Positions 53,047 through 62,516 of a stretch of 64,000 nt of DNA are shown here, one piece after another. Below the pieces are notes generated by a model. It searched no databases, was not told the origin of the DNA, and saw only the letters and a list, made by a program, of their open reading frames with translations. The DNA comes from an uncultured bacterium (GTDB lineage: Bacteria > Krumholzibacteriota > Krumholzibacteriia > LZORAL124-64-63), in the NCBI GenBank assembly GCA_963727525.1, contig CAVSGO010000007.1, positions 1,408,001 to 1,472,000 of the forward strand, given 5' to 3'. The translations under genes were made by a program, and so were the position numbers. How positions within the stretch are numbered: the first letter of the stretch is position 1; each line of letters begins with the position of its first letter.

Positions 53047-54258
53047 GTGCCGCCTCTCCGCATCCTGACCAGCATCGTCGACGAGCACTTCCTCGAACTC
53101 GACATCCTGTGGGAGCGCCGCGAGGCGAGCCTACACGATCCCGAGCTGACCGCCGCCGATCTCGCCGCGCTCGAGCAGCGCGCCCAGCGCCACCTCGAAG
53201 GTCTGCTCCTGGCGCCGGAGTACGCGCTCGACCTCGCCCGCCGCGCCCTCGCCGCCAATGAACGCGGCGCCGCCACGGCCGCGGGTTTCGTGATGATGGA
53301 TCTGGGCGACCCGGCCCTTGCGGAGGAACTCGTCCGCACGCTGGCCACGGCAACGCCGGAGATCGCGCACGGCATCCGCATCGCCCTGCGACACCGTGAC
53401 ATCGGCAAGCAAGAGCCACTGCTGCGCGAACTCACCGCCTCGACCATCCCCCACGTGGTCGCCTGCTCGTGCGACATCCTCTCGTTCCACCACCGCGATC
53501 ACGTCCCAAGCGTACGTGAGTTGCTGACCGACGCCGATGAGGAAACCCGCACCCTCGCCATCACCGCCCTCGGCCGCTGGGCCGGCCCCTGGACCGTCGA
53601 CGATCTGCGGGCCCAGCTCTCGATCGCCGTCGCACCGGCGGCCCATCGCGCAGCCCTCGAGACCTCGGCCGTCGTCGCGTTGCCCGAGTTGCTCGACACT
53701 TGCCGCGAGGTCGGCACTCGCGACTCCGACCCGTCGCTCGAGGCCCTCGTCTTCCTTGGCGTGATCGGTGACGCCGCCGAGATCCCGATATTGCAGCGCG
53801 CGCTCGCCCGCCCCGACCTCGCCCCCGCCGCCGTCGCCGCGCTGGGCGCCCTCGGCGCACCGGAAGGCGTCCCGATCATCCTCGAGGCGCTCGCGAATCC
53901 CCTGCTGGCCCACCCCGCCGCCGTGGCATTCCTGCGCATCACCGGCGCCGAGAATGTGCAGGGCGAGCCAGTCCCACCGCCCGCCGAACTGGACGAGGAC
54001 GCCGCGGCATTCTGGGATGAGTACGTGCCGGCAGATCCGGTGCTGGCACGCCGGTGGTGGGAGGCGAACGGTTCACGGTTCGCGGCAGACACCCGGTGGA
54101 ACGCAGGCCTCGCGGCCGATGCGGCGACGACAGACGCGTTGCCTCTCGCCCTCGCCGGCGACCTCACGTTACGGACATGTTACCGTGCGTCGCCATCCGC
54201 GGCGGAGGCCCCGACGTCCTCGAACGTCAGCATCGAGAAGCCCCGATCCAGCAGGTAA
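53047..54258 (+). CDS. TIGR02270-like HEAT-repeat protein
   Basis: IVDEHFLELDILWERR, LEQRAQRHLEGL, HEAT-like ALGALG repeats, AFLRITG, DPVLARRWW; gene neighbourhood. Confidence 0.75.
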   Translation: MPPLRILTSIVDEHFLELDILWERREASLHDPELTAADLAALEQRAQRHLEGLLLAPEYALDLARRALAANERGAATAAGFVMMDLGDPALAEELVRTLATATPEIAHGIRIALRHRDIGKQEPLLRELTASTIPHVVACSCDILSFHHRDHVPSVRELLTDADEETRTLAITALGRWAGPWTVDDLRAQLSIAVAPAAHRAALETSAVVALPELLDTCREVGTRDSDPSLEALVFLGVIGDAAEIPILQRALARPDLAPAAVAALGALGAPEGVPIILEALANPLLAHPAAVAFLRITGAENVQGEPVPPPAELDEDAAAFWDEYVPADPVLARRWWEANGSRFAADTRWNAGLAADAATTDALPLALAGDLTLRTCYRASPSAAEAPTSSNVSIEKPRSSR

Positions 54259-54758
54259 CGCTTCACGTCCTCGTGCACCACGATCGTCCCGAGGCTCTCG
54301 CCGAGCCGGAACATCAACGCGCCACGCGCGCGGATCGGATCGATGACCAGTTCGTCGAAGGCCACGTTGATCGTCGGGCTGGTCGATGTCGTCGTGTACA
54401 CCGATTGTTCGAGATCGGCACAGCATACCGCGCCCACCACGTTGACCAGACAGTAGTGCGGAAATTCCCGGCCCGATTCCGGCCCCTGCAACACGGCGGA
54501 GTAGATCTGGAGATTGTCGACCCCGGCCTCCACCAGCGCGTCGACGAGCCGCCGCGAGAGCACAAGTGCTTCGAGCTCGTACATCTCTCGCGGTTCTCCG
54601 GCTTCGTCCGGATCGATCTCGAGCACCAGCGGTTCCGCGACCGGGACCGTGATCGGCTGTCCGCTCATCCAGGACTCGATGCCCTCGACCTCCGGAATCG
54701 CGCCGAGCATGAGCGTGGGCTTGAAGAGCGGCCCGAAACTGTGCAACACGTGATACAT
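54180..54758 (-). CDS. Imm11/DUF1629-like immunity protein
   Basis: LSRRLVDALVEAGVDNLQIY, YCLVNVVG, LVIDP, MFRLGE, IVVHEDVK; directly downstream of AHH toxin. Confidence 0.78.
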   Translation of the reverse strand: MYHVLHSFGPLFKPTLMLGAIPEVEGIESWMSGQPITVPVAEPLVLEIDPDEAGEPREMYELEALVLSRRLVDALVEAGVDNLQIYSAVLQGPESGREFPHYCLVNVVGAVCCADLEQSVYTTTSTSPTINVAFDELVIDPIRARGALMFRLGESLGTIVVHEDVKRYLLDRGFSMLTFEDVGASAADGDAR

Positions 54759-54765
54759 GGACGAC

Positions 54766-55503
54766 CTACAGCCCTTCCATCGTGTCAGGTGTGTAGCCCG
54801 CGCCGACGAGCACGGCGAAGTCGGAGGTGCAATACGGAGGTTTCCATTTCGAGGTCGGGCCAGTCACGTGCTCCCGCATGCGCCCCGCCACGGCGTTGAC
54901 CATGCCGAGCAACGGGAACGGCGTATCCCAGGGTTTCTTCTCGCTGTTGTCGCATTTCTCGCATACCGAGCGCACACTGAGCATCTTGAGACGGATCTCC
55001 TCCAGCGTACGGCGCACGAACGCATTGTAATCCGCGTGCGAGGAATCCCACATGTGGAACTGTCCCCCCGTCGCCTTCATCGCTGCGTAGGCGTAGGCGA
55101 ACTGGATCTCGTAGCCACCGGTCTTGCTGAGCTGGCCCCAGCCCTTGTACTTGTGCAGGGCGGGCAACCAGGCCCCGTTCCAGACCTCATTCTGCAGGTA
55201 GCCGATATCCTCCTTCACGGTCTGGCCTGCGGTCATGTACTTGCGCAGTGCGGACGCCCCCTTGATGGCCGCGCCAGGGATGAGATGATGGGCTTGAAGC
55301 CCCAGATCCATGGACTTCTTCTCCCCACGCACCTCCATCGTGATCGTCCGGTCATCGCCACCGGTGAGATTGGTCCCGAGCGTCCCGGCGTTGTTACTGA
55401 AATCGTTAGCGAGATTACGCTTGTCTTCCTTGTGCGGAAACGGGCACTCGACGGCGACTTCGGCCGCGAGTGCCACGGCTGCGGTTTCACCGAGTTGCGG
55501 CAT
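54766..55503 (-). CDS. AHH-family (HNH/EndoVII fold) nuclease toxin
   Basis: LQAHHLIP, GY..N...NGAWLP, QFH....H..Y; more AT-rich than flanks. Confidence 0.82.
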   Translation of the reverse strand: MPQLGETAAVALAAEVAVECPFPHKEDKRNLANDFSNNAGTLGTNLTGGDDRTITMEVRGEKKSMDLGLQAHHLIPGAAIKGASALRKYMTAGQTVKEDIGYLQNEVWNGAWLPALHKYKGWGQLSKTGGYEIQFAYAYAAMKATGGQFHMWDSSHADYNAFVRRTLEEIRLKMLSVRSVCEKCDNSEKKPWDTPFPLLGMVNAVAGRMREHVTGPTSKWKPPYCTSDFAVLVGAGYTPDTMEGL

Positions 55504-55536
55504 GGCTGCCTTCCTTCGGCCGGATATCCATCACCG

Positions 55537-55920
55537 TCACCCCATGATGTTCTTCTCATTATGAAATAGCGAGTCCCCCAGCCGGCACACGTTCTTGCCC
55601 TCGAACTTCACGTCGAACGAGTAGAGCATGAATTCGCAGGCGCCCTTGAACTTGCTGCTCATGACGCCGCCGCCGGCGGTGCCGGCTTCGTCGCCGGCCG
55701 ACATCTGGTACTTGGCGCCCTTGACCATGGGCATCTGGCCATCGGTCTTCACCTTCGTCGGGCCGCCGCTGGTGTCGGAAGCCTTGCCGGTGTTCGGGTA
55801 GGGGATCGGGACAGGGCCGCCCGGGCTCGGGGTCTTGCACACGTCGGGAAAGACGATGCTCATGCCACCGCTGCCCTTGTGGGCGACGCCGCGTCCGTTG
55901 GCGAAAGTCTTCTGGGACAT
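55537..55920 (-). CDS. Stand-alone DUF4150 (PAAR-like, PIPY) spike-tip protein
   Basis: FPDVCKTP, PVPIPYPN, GDEAGT.GG, SFDVKFEGKNVCRLGD. Confidence 0.92.
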   Translation of the reverse strand: MSQKTFANGRGVAHKGSGGMSIVFPDVCKTPSPGGPVPIPYPNTGKASDTSGGPTKVKTDGQMPMVKGAKYQMSAGDEAGTAGGGVMSSKFKGACEFMLYSFDVKFEGKNVCRLGDSLFHNEKNIMG

Positions 55921-55979
55921 GGCCTACCTCTGCTGCGAGATTCTAAATGCATTCCGCTCGGTCTGCCAACGTCGAGACG

Positions 55980-57068
55980 TCAGCGTCCTGGTTCCACGAT
56001 ATCAACGACCGCCGCACAGCGTTCGGCACCGTCGTTCGCGCACCACACGAGGGCTGGTCCGGCATACCGCCCCCGCGCGAGGCCCTCGGCAGCCAGCCCC
56101 AGCATGACCGGTCCCAGCGCCGCGCCGATGTCACCGAAGCAGTCGGCGGGATGCTCCACCATCATCTGCGGCGCCAGCGCGGCGCTCGACCTCAGGCTGG
56201 CCACGCCGTACTCCTTGGCCCCGAAGCTCTCGCCGTTGAGGCCCGCGAACATCGTGGCCATGGGGGCACGTAGTTGCGGTCCCTGCGTCAGTACGCCCAC
56301 AAAGGCGGCAGCCAGCCCTTCACCCTTGTAAGGTTCCTCGCTGTAACGATGGCCCGGCTCCGTGCCGGGTGCCACGGCGACGAGTTGAGCCAGAGGCGCG
56401 AAACCGTCCGGTGCGGGCGCGCCCGGCCGACCGAGCAGCACCACCCCCGCGCCCTCGCCCGGGATGAATCCGTCCATGACGCGAGGCCCCAGGAGGCGCC
56501 GGTCGCGATCGAGCGTGCCCAGGAGCATGAGATCGAGGAAGCTGTCCACGCCGCAGACGAGCGCGTGGTTGCCCGAATTCGTGGCCAGGAACGCCAGCGC
56601 CTCGGCGCACGCCTGCAGTCCCCCGGCCCGGCCTGCGGCCACGCGGTGGCTGCGGCGCCGGTCGAAGCGTAGGCCGAGCGGCTCGAGCTGGGCGGCGAGC
56701 CGGTCGAGAAACCCGTCGCGGACCGGCGCGGCCAGATCGGGGTGCTGCTCCGGCGTGGCGAGGAAGAGCGGGGTGCGCTCGGCCAGCCCCGCGGCCTCGA
56801 GGTCCGCGAGTACCTCCTGGAGCGCGGGCGTCGCCAGCCGCAGCAGGCGCCGTTCGCGGCTGGTGAGTCCTGTCGTGTCGCCGACCGGTTCCGGCAGCGC
56901 GTCTTCCGGCAACAACGCCATCACGATGGGCTGGAAACTCGCGTCGCAGACGGATGAGTTGGCAAACGCCGCCACGCCCGCCTGGATCGAGGTGAAGGTC
57001 TGCGCCGCGCCCATGCCGACGGCGGTGACCATGCCGGTCCGCAGCACCTGGGCGCCAGGGGCGGGCAT
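55980..57068 (-). CDS. Thiolase/beta-ketoacyl-synthase-like T6SS accessory protein (PRK06147-like)
   Basis: GMVTAVG, GRAGG in place of a catalytic Cys, GVDS, GFIPGEGAG, LNGE, HPADCFGDIGAA. Confidence 0.82.
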   Translation of the reverse strand: MPAPGAQVLRTGMVTAVGMGAAQTFTSIQAGVAAFANSSVCDASFQPIVMALLPEDALPEPVGDTTGLTSRERRLLRLATPALQEVLADLEAAGLAERTPLFLATPEQHPDLAAPVRDGFLDRLAAQLEPLGLRFDRRRSHRVAAGRAGGLQACAEALAFLATNSGNHALVCGVDSFLDLMLLGTLDRDRRLLGPRVMDGFIPGEGAGVVLLGRPGAPAPDGFAPLAQLVAVAPGTEPGHRYSEEPYKGEGLAAAFVGVLTQGPQLRAPMATMFAGLNGESFGAKEYGVASLRSSAALAPQMMVEHPADCFGDIGAALGPVMLGLAAEGLARGRYAGPALVWCANDGAERCAAVVDIVEPGR

Positions 57069-58081
57069 CAGACCGACCTCCCGTCGAGCTGCATATCGGC
57101 GAGCGCAACGTGCAGCGTCTCCACCTTCAGCGCCTTCTTGTCGCAGGGGACGCCGGCGCGCCAGAGCATGGTCAGCCGTTCATCGTCCGGCTCGAGGAGC
57201 ACGGTCTCGAGGTTGGGCGTGGGTGTCTCGTCGCTCCCATCGACGCGGATCGTGACGTCGAAGGTGCACCGCGGCAACGTGCACTGCAGGCGCCCGTGCG
57301 GCGAGAGGTTCAGCAGTACCACTTGCTCGCCACCCGTCAGGTAGCCGCTGGCGATCAGGTCGGGATGCGCGGCGTTGAAGAACCGAGGATCGAAATCCTG
57401 CGGCAGGAAAGGCGCCCGCGACTTCTGCCACGCATCGTCGTAAGTGCCCGCGAAGGCGACGCGCGGCTGCCAGCTCGGCGCGACGAAGCCGTAGCAGGCC
57501 GGCGTCTCCTCGTCCTTGGAATCCGCGAGATTCGGCGCGAGCTGCCCGCTGATCTCCTGACGACGCTGGCGCGCGCGAAAACCCTGCCCCACCGGATTCT
57601 CCTCGACGGCCTTGATCTTACCCTTCTCGGCGTCGATCACATGGGTGCCGCCATACGCTCGTTCCCAGACGAGCGGCATCCGGGTGAACGGTTGCTTCGC
57701 GGTGGTCGCCGAGCCCACGGCCCGGCCCGTGTACTGCCGGTCGCCCACGACCCGTACCACCTTGCGCATCTCGCCCACGACCAGGGCCGTGTCCACCTCG
57801 TCCGCAGGTCGGCCGCCCGGCGCGTGGGCGCTGCCGACCAGGGCCACGTCGGTGGCGGGTTTCGCGAGATGGAAGTCCGCGCTGTACCGGAGGCTCGAGG
57901 CGCCCGGCTCCCCCCAGAACACGTCGGCCGCGTGGAATGGCTGCTGCTCGGGCGCCACGACGAGCGACGGGCCGAGCGTGAACGTCGCCTTGATGACGAC
58001 GAACACGGTGTCGACGCCGTCGGTGTCGGGAAAGAGGTTCATCGTGACCTGGAACGGGGTCTTGTTCGCGAGCTGGAGCAT
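57068..58081 (-). CDS. DUF2169 T6SS adaptor/chaperone
   Basis: NKTPF, VVIKATF, KPATDV, MPLVWERAYGG, ENPVGQGF, AGTYD..W, LPQDFDPRFFNAA, LTGGE. Confidence 0.92.
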   Translation of the reverse strand: MLQLANKTPFQVTMNLFPDTDGVDTVFVVIKATFTLGPSLVVAPEQQPFHAADVFWGEPGASSLRYSADFHLAKPATDVALVGSAHAPGGRPADEVDTALVVGEMRKVVRVVGDRQYTGRAVGSATTAKQPFTRMPLVWERAYGGTHVIDAEKGKIKAVEENPVGQGFRARQRRQEISGQLAPNLADSKDEETPACYGFVAPSWQPRVAFAGTYDDAWQKSRAPFLPQDFDPRFFNAAHPDLIASGYLTGGEQVVLLNLSPHGRLQCTLPRCTFDVTIRVDGSDETPTPNLETVLLEPDDERLTMLWRAGVPCDKKALKVETLHVALADMQLDGRSV

Positions 58082-58123
58082 GCAGCAAGCCCTTCGTCCT
58101 ACGGTGACGACCTCATATCCGCG

Positions 58124-60046
58124 TCACGGCGTGGACTTCTGCCCATCGGGTCCGATCGGCAGGATGAGGATATCCGAGCCGCCGCGCGGCCCCGGAGCGG
58201 AGGATCCCGTCACGAGGTAACCGTTCGCCGTGGGCACGATGTCGTGCGGCACGTCGTCGTCCGCCCCGCCGACGGTGTTCTGCCAGATCAGATTGCCATC
58301 CACGTCGATCTTCAGCAGCAGCACGTCGCGATCCTGACCGAATCGCCGTGACAATGTGGAGCCGGCGATCACGAAACCGCCGTCCGGCGCGGCGGTCACG
58401 CACAGCCCCTCATCGACGTCCGCGGCCCCACCGAAGGTGCGCGTCCAGAGAGGCACGCCGGCCACATCCGTCCGCACCACGTAAACATCGCCCAGCCCGC
58501 TTCCCGCAGGGTCGGCCGACCCGACGACGAGGAATCCGTTGCCGGCTCTCACGACGGCGTGGGCCATGGCGTTGGCGTCGCCACCGTACTGGTGCACCCA
58601 GTCCTGCTGGTACTCGCCACTGAGGGAGTATTGCCGCAATGTGGCGGCCGCAAGCGACTCGAAACCCTGCTCGTAGCCGGCCAGCACAAAGGTCGTGTCG
58701 TTCAATGCCACCACGGCCAGTGCCTCCGAGTCGACGCCGAACGTGCTCGCATTGTCGTCCGCAACGTAGCCGTTCTCGTCGTAGACGACGAACGCATACC
58801 CCAGCCCGCCACTGTCGCCGCTATCGTAGCTGCCCACCACGACGCAGCCACCGCCCGGCAGGGCCACCAGGTCCCAGGCCGAATCGAGGCCCCGCTGCGC
58901 GAGGTTCTCCCGCCACTTCTCTTCGCCCGCGGCGTCGAGGCGCAGGAGAGTGCTCGTCCCGAAGTCCGCCCGTCCGCAGGCGTAGGATCCGCCGGTGGTC
59001 CCACTGGCGAATCCGGTCGTGATCTCGCCGTCGAACCAGGGCACCACCTGGGTGCTCACGACGCCGCTGTCATCGCCCAGACGCGCGAGGAAGAGCTGCG
59101 GGATGGCGTCATTGACCGTGTCGGCCAGCGTTCCCGCCAGGATCGTCTCGCCGGCGCCCACAGGAACGAGCGCCGCGCCCTCGTCGAAAAAGCTGGTGCC
59201 GATGAAGCGCGGCAACGCGCCCTGGCGGGTGATCCGTACCTGCGCCGTGTCGAGGTACAGGGAATCGAGAGGCACAGCCGTGCCGCGGAGCGCCTCCAGG
59301 CTCATCTCCGGTTCGAGCGTGGTGTCCGCGTCGGCGGCCCAGGTATCCTGCGTGCGGCAGCGCACGACGACGAGCGCCGCATCGCCGCCGGCGTCCACGA
59401 CCGGATTCGAGTTGCTCAGCGTGATGAAGACGTTGGCATCACCGCCCGGATCGTACGCGAGCGTCGTACCGCGTTCCACCTGTTCGGCCGGCAATTCCAC
59501 CGTGTCGATGATCGCACTCGTCACGCGCTTCTGGAACCCGGCGAGTGCAAGTGCGACGTCGACCCCCGTGAGCTCCGTCAGCCCGTGCGCCCGGATCGTG
59601 AACGAGAAGCCGTCACCGAGCGCCACCTGGTCGAAATGGGGAGTCAGGTACAGCATGGGCACGACGGGAGCCATGGCGATGGTCAGGTCCAGGGGCTGGA
59701 ACGCCGAGACATTCCGCACCGCGTCGCCGCGGTAGAGGACCGTGCCGAGGACATCGCGGGCCTCCACGCGGAAGTGTCGGTCCGCGCCGCTGGGGATCGT
59801 CAGCGAGGCGACCACCTGACCAGCGGCCGGCGTCATCGGCACCATCAGCGTATCGAAGTCGTCGGCGAAGACCGTCAGGAGATAGCTCGTGCGGGGCCCG
59901 GCCTTGGCTCCGAGCTGCACGGTAATGTTCGCCGTCGCGCCGGGACCCTCGATCTTCTCAGCGCACCCGCCGACGGTGACGATCAGCGCACCGAGCGCCA
60001 GAACGGCCACCCAGGCGATCACGAGGTGCCTCTTTGCCAAGCTCAC
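58124..60046 (-). CDS. Large lipoprotein with Ig/cohesin-like domains and C-terminal beta-propeller repeats
   Basis: VGGC lipobox; repeats DVYVVRTD..G..LW.RTFGG and DVLLLKID..GN.IW....GG; GGAGG RBS; start inferred. Confidence 0.75.
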   Translation of the reverse strand: MSLAKRHLVIAWVAVLALGALIVTVGGCAEKIEGPGATANITVQLGAKAGPRTSYLLTVFADDFDTLMVPMTPAAGQVVASLTIPSGADRHFRVEARDVLGTVLYRGDAVRNVSAFQPLDLTIAMAPVVPMLYLTPHFDQVALGDGFSFTIRAHGLTELTGVDVALALAGFQKRVTSAIIDTVELPAEQVERGTTLAYDPGGDANVFITLSNSNPVVDAGGDAALVVVRCRTQDTWAADADTTLEPEMSLEALRGTAVPLDSLYLDTAQVRITRQGALPRFIGTSFFDEGAALVPVGAGETILAGTLADTVNDAIPQLFLARLGDDSGVVSTQVVPWFDGEITTGFASGTTGGSYACGRADFGTSTLLRLDAAGEEKWRENLAQRGLDSAWDLVALPGGGCVVVGSYDSGDSGGLGYAFVVYDENGYVADDNASTFGVDSEALAVVALNDTTFVLAGYEQGFESLAAATLRQYSLSGEYQQDWVHQYGGDANAMAHAVVRAGNGFLVVGSADPAGSGLGDVYVVRTDVAGVPLWTRTFGGAADVDEGLCVTAAPDGGFVIAGSTLSRRFGQDRDVLLLKIDVDGNLIWQNTVGGADDDVPHDIVPTANGYLVTGSSAPGPRGGSDILILPIGPDGQKSTP

Positions 60047-60060
60047 CAAGACGGGCCTCC

Positions 60061-61187
60061 TCAGAACGTGCCGCTGCCCACCAGCGTGAGCTGGGTGCCG
60101 GCGAGGTCGATCGCCCCGCCATCCGTGGAACCCGTGAAGTACTCGGCGGCGCCGCGCAGGCCGATGCGCGCGGTGAGCTGGTGGCCAACCTGGCCGCCCA
60201 CGCCCACCACGCTCGACGTGCCGAAGCCGTACTCGTTTCCGGCCACGTGGTGCCAGTCGGCACGCGGGCCGAGTCGCCAGCCGGAAACGAGCTGCCACTG
60301 GGCCCCAGCACCGACCACGAGCTCGTTGCCGTAGATCTTGAGCTGCTCGAGCAGGATGCCTTGCGGATCGTAGACCTTGTTGCGCCCGCGGACGTTGTAG
60401 TACGCGTCGCCGAAGACACGCGTGGTCGCGAGCTTGCCCCGACCGCCGAGGTGAAAAGCCACCTGCTCGCCGCGGCTGAAGACGGGCTCGCTCTCCAGCT
60501 CGTCGTTGCTGTTGGCCATGAACGTCACGTCACCGTTCAATATCCAGGCGGGCCACTCGTGCTGTCCCCCAGGGTGAGGTTGAACGTGTTGCCCGGCTTG
60601 TAGCTCCCCTGGTCCCGATAGGCATCGTAGGCGCCGGCCAGGTCGAACGAGGCCGACACGCCCACACGGGTGTCGCCAAACGCCTGCGCGCCGCCCACCG
60701 TGGCGTTGAGCCCGAATCCCGCCCCGAGACGCCGCACCGGGAAGCTCAGGAAACTCTGCGCGAGGTAGTTCATGACCACCCACTCGCGGTCGAGCGAGAG
60801 GTTGCGCTGGCCGATCGGCAGGTTCACCCCCAGCCCCACGAACAGGCGGTCGGCGGCAAAGCTATGGGTGACCTGCACGCGCATGTCGGTCACACCGTTC
60901 AGATCGTAGTCCTCTCCGAGCTGCGACACCCGCGTCTTCGCGGCCGCCACGTAGACGCGCGCTTCCAGGTTGTCTCGCAACGGAACGAGCGCCGTGGCCG
61001 CGGCGGCGAACTGGTCGACCGTGACATCGTCGCTGCTGCCGGAGAGCTTCCAGTGCGTGCCGACCAGGTTCAGGTCGCCGCGCAGCGGCTGCCCGTACAC
61101 GATCTGCGCCGACGCCGGCGCCGCCAGCGCGCACACGAGCGCGAGGCCGCACACGAATCGCGCCAGCCACAGCCTAGGGTTGCCCAT
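60061..61187 (-). pseudogene. Outer membrane beta-barrel protein split by a frameshift at a G5 run (60566-60570)
   Basis: ORF 60537-61187 and ORF ending at 60061 join as ...FNLTLGGQHEWPAW... if one G is added; ends LVGSGTF. Confidence 0.75.
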
Positions 61188-62502
61188 CGAGGTTCCCCCT
61201 CACGGTGACGCCCACCAGATTCTGGTTCTCGACGTACGGTGGCGCCTGCACCCATTGCCCGAACGACGTGAAATCGATCCCCACGGGCACGAAGCCGTTC
61301 CAGCCGGCGACGGCGGCCGGGAAGGACGCCAGACTCCCCGCGGCGACGTCCGCCACGGAAGCCGCCGCGGCCGCGGCGCTGAACTGATGAATGTCGCCGC
61401 GCGCGCGCGGGCCGGCCGACAGCACGGCCGAAAGCGTCTGCCCCTGCACGGCGGCCTGCGTGAACCCGTGATCCAGCGCGGCCGCTTTCTGGAACTGATC
61501 CCGCGCCGGCCCGAGGTTGCCCTGATCGAGGTCGTCGAGCCCGTGGCAGTAGGCGAGGAAAGCCAGGTAGTTCTCTGTGGGCACCTTCGCGATCGCGTCG
61601 CGCTCCTCGGCGGTGAGCGTGATGCCCATGGCAGTGATGACGTCGAACACGAACGCCTTCTGCACGTCGAAGATCTTCCTGAGCGAGCCGCTCGCGGGTG
61701 CGGGCGTCGCCACTGAACTGTCGACGGTGTTGACCACCGCCCCGTCGATCCGGACCTCGTCGTCGCCCAGCCCGAGCAACGCCCCGGTGACGATACGCCG
61801 GCCGCCCAGGAGCCGTCCGAGGCGCGGCGCCGTGGCCGGGTCGGCCAGCTCGGACTGGCTCAGCGCCAGTTCCTTGCGCAGCGTCTCGATCTTCAACCGC
61901 TCCACCACGCGCAGCGCGTGCACCTTGGCCAGATCCAGGGCCGTGAACTCGGCGAGTCCCTTCGTCAGGGGCTGCAGGTCCGGGGGCAGGTCGTCACCGG
62001 CAAACGCGACCACCGCGACGGTGCTCTCGGGGATCGCCGCGGTCTCGAGCGCGTGCTCGTTCGCCAGGGCCTGCGCCACCTGCCGGCGCATCCGCACGTG
62101 CACGAGGTCGCGCACGCGGGCCTCGAGCAGATCGTGCGTCTCGCCGCCGGGATGCAGCCTCAGGGCGTTGCCATAGGCGCGCAGCGCCATATCCGTGTCG
62201 CCCTCGCGTTCGGCGACCATGCCCAGATACAGATGCGTCCGAGCGTCCGGCTGGATCCTGGCCGCCTGCTCGAGGGCTTCCGTGGCTCGCGCGTCGTCTC
62301 CCTGATCGAAGAACGCGACGCCGAGTTCCCGCCAGGCGTCGGCGTGGTCGGGGTGCGCCTGGATCGCGTTGTAGTACAGCTTCTGCGCTTCGGCGTAATC
62401 TCCCGCGCGGGCGCGCTTCTGGGCCTGGGTATACACGGACGGCGCACAGGCCGCCAGGACGGTGCACGCCGTGGCTACCAGGATCGCGAAGTACCGGCCC
62501 AT
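61174..62502 (-). CDS. TPR lipoprotein with CsgG/HfaB-like domain
   Basis: LAAC lipobox; TPRs; VAVVAF, KGLAEF..LDL, LRVVER.KI..L.KEL.L, TAPRLGRLLG.RRIVTG. Confidence 0.82.
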   Translation of the reverse strand: MGRYFAILVATACTVLAACAPSVYTQAQKRARAGDYAEAQKLYYNAIQAHPDHADAWRELGVAFFDQGDDARATEALEQAARIQPDARTHLYLGMVAEREGDTDMALRAYGNALRLHPGGETHDLLEARVRDLVHVRMRRQVAQALANEHALETAAIPESTVAVVAFAGDDLPPDLQPLTKGLAEFTALDLAKVHALRVVERLKIETLRKELALSQSELADPATAPRLGRLLGGRRIVTGALLGLGDDEVRIDGAVVNTVDSSVATPAPASGSLRKIFDVQKAFVFDVITAMGITLTAEERDAIAKVPTENYLAFLAYCHGLDDLDQGNLGPARDQFQKAAALDHGFTQAAVQGQTLSAVLSAGPRARGDIHQFSAAAAAASVADVAAGSLASFPAAVAGWNGFVPVGIDFTSFGQWVQAPPYVENQNLVGVTVRGNLDGQP

Positions 62503-62516
62503 GGTTCCTCCCCGCG

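Noticed and set aside
55980-57068. Fatty acid or polyketide synthase gene
   Set aside because: Lacks an evident catalytic Cys, has no ACP or other PKS genes nearby, and sits between DUF2169 and DUF4150.
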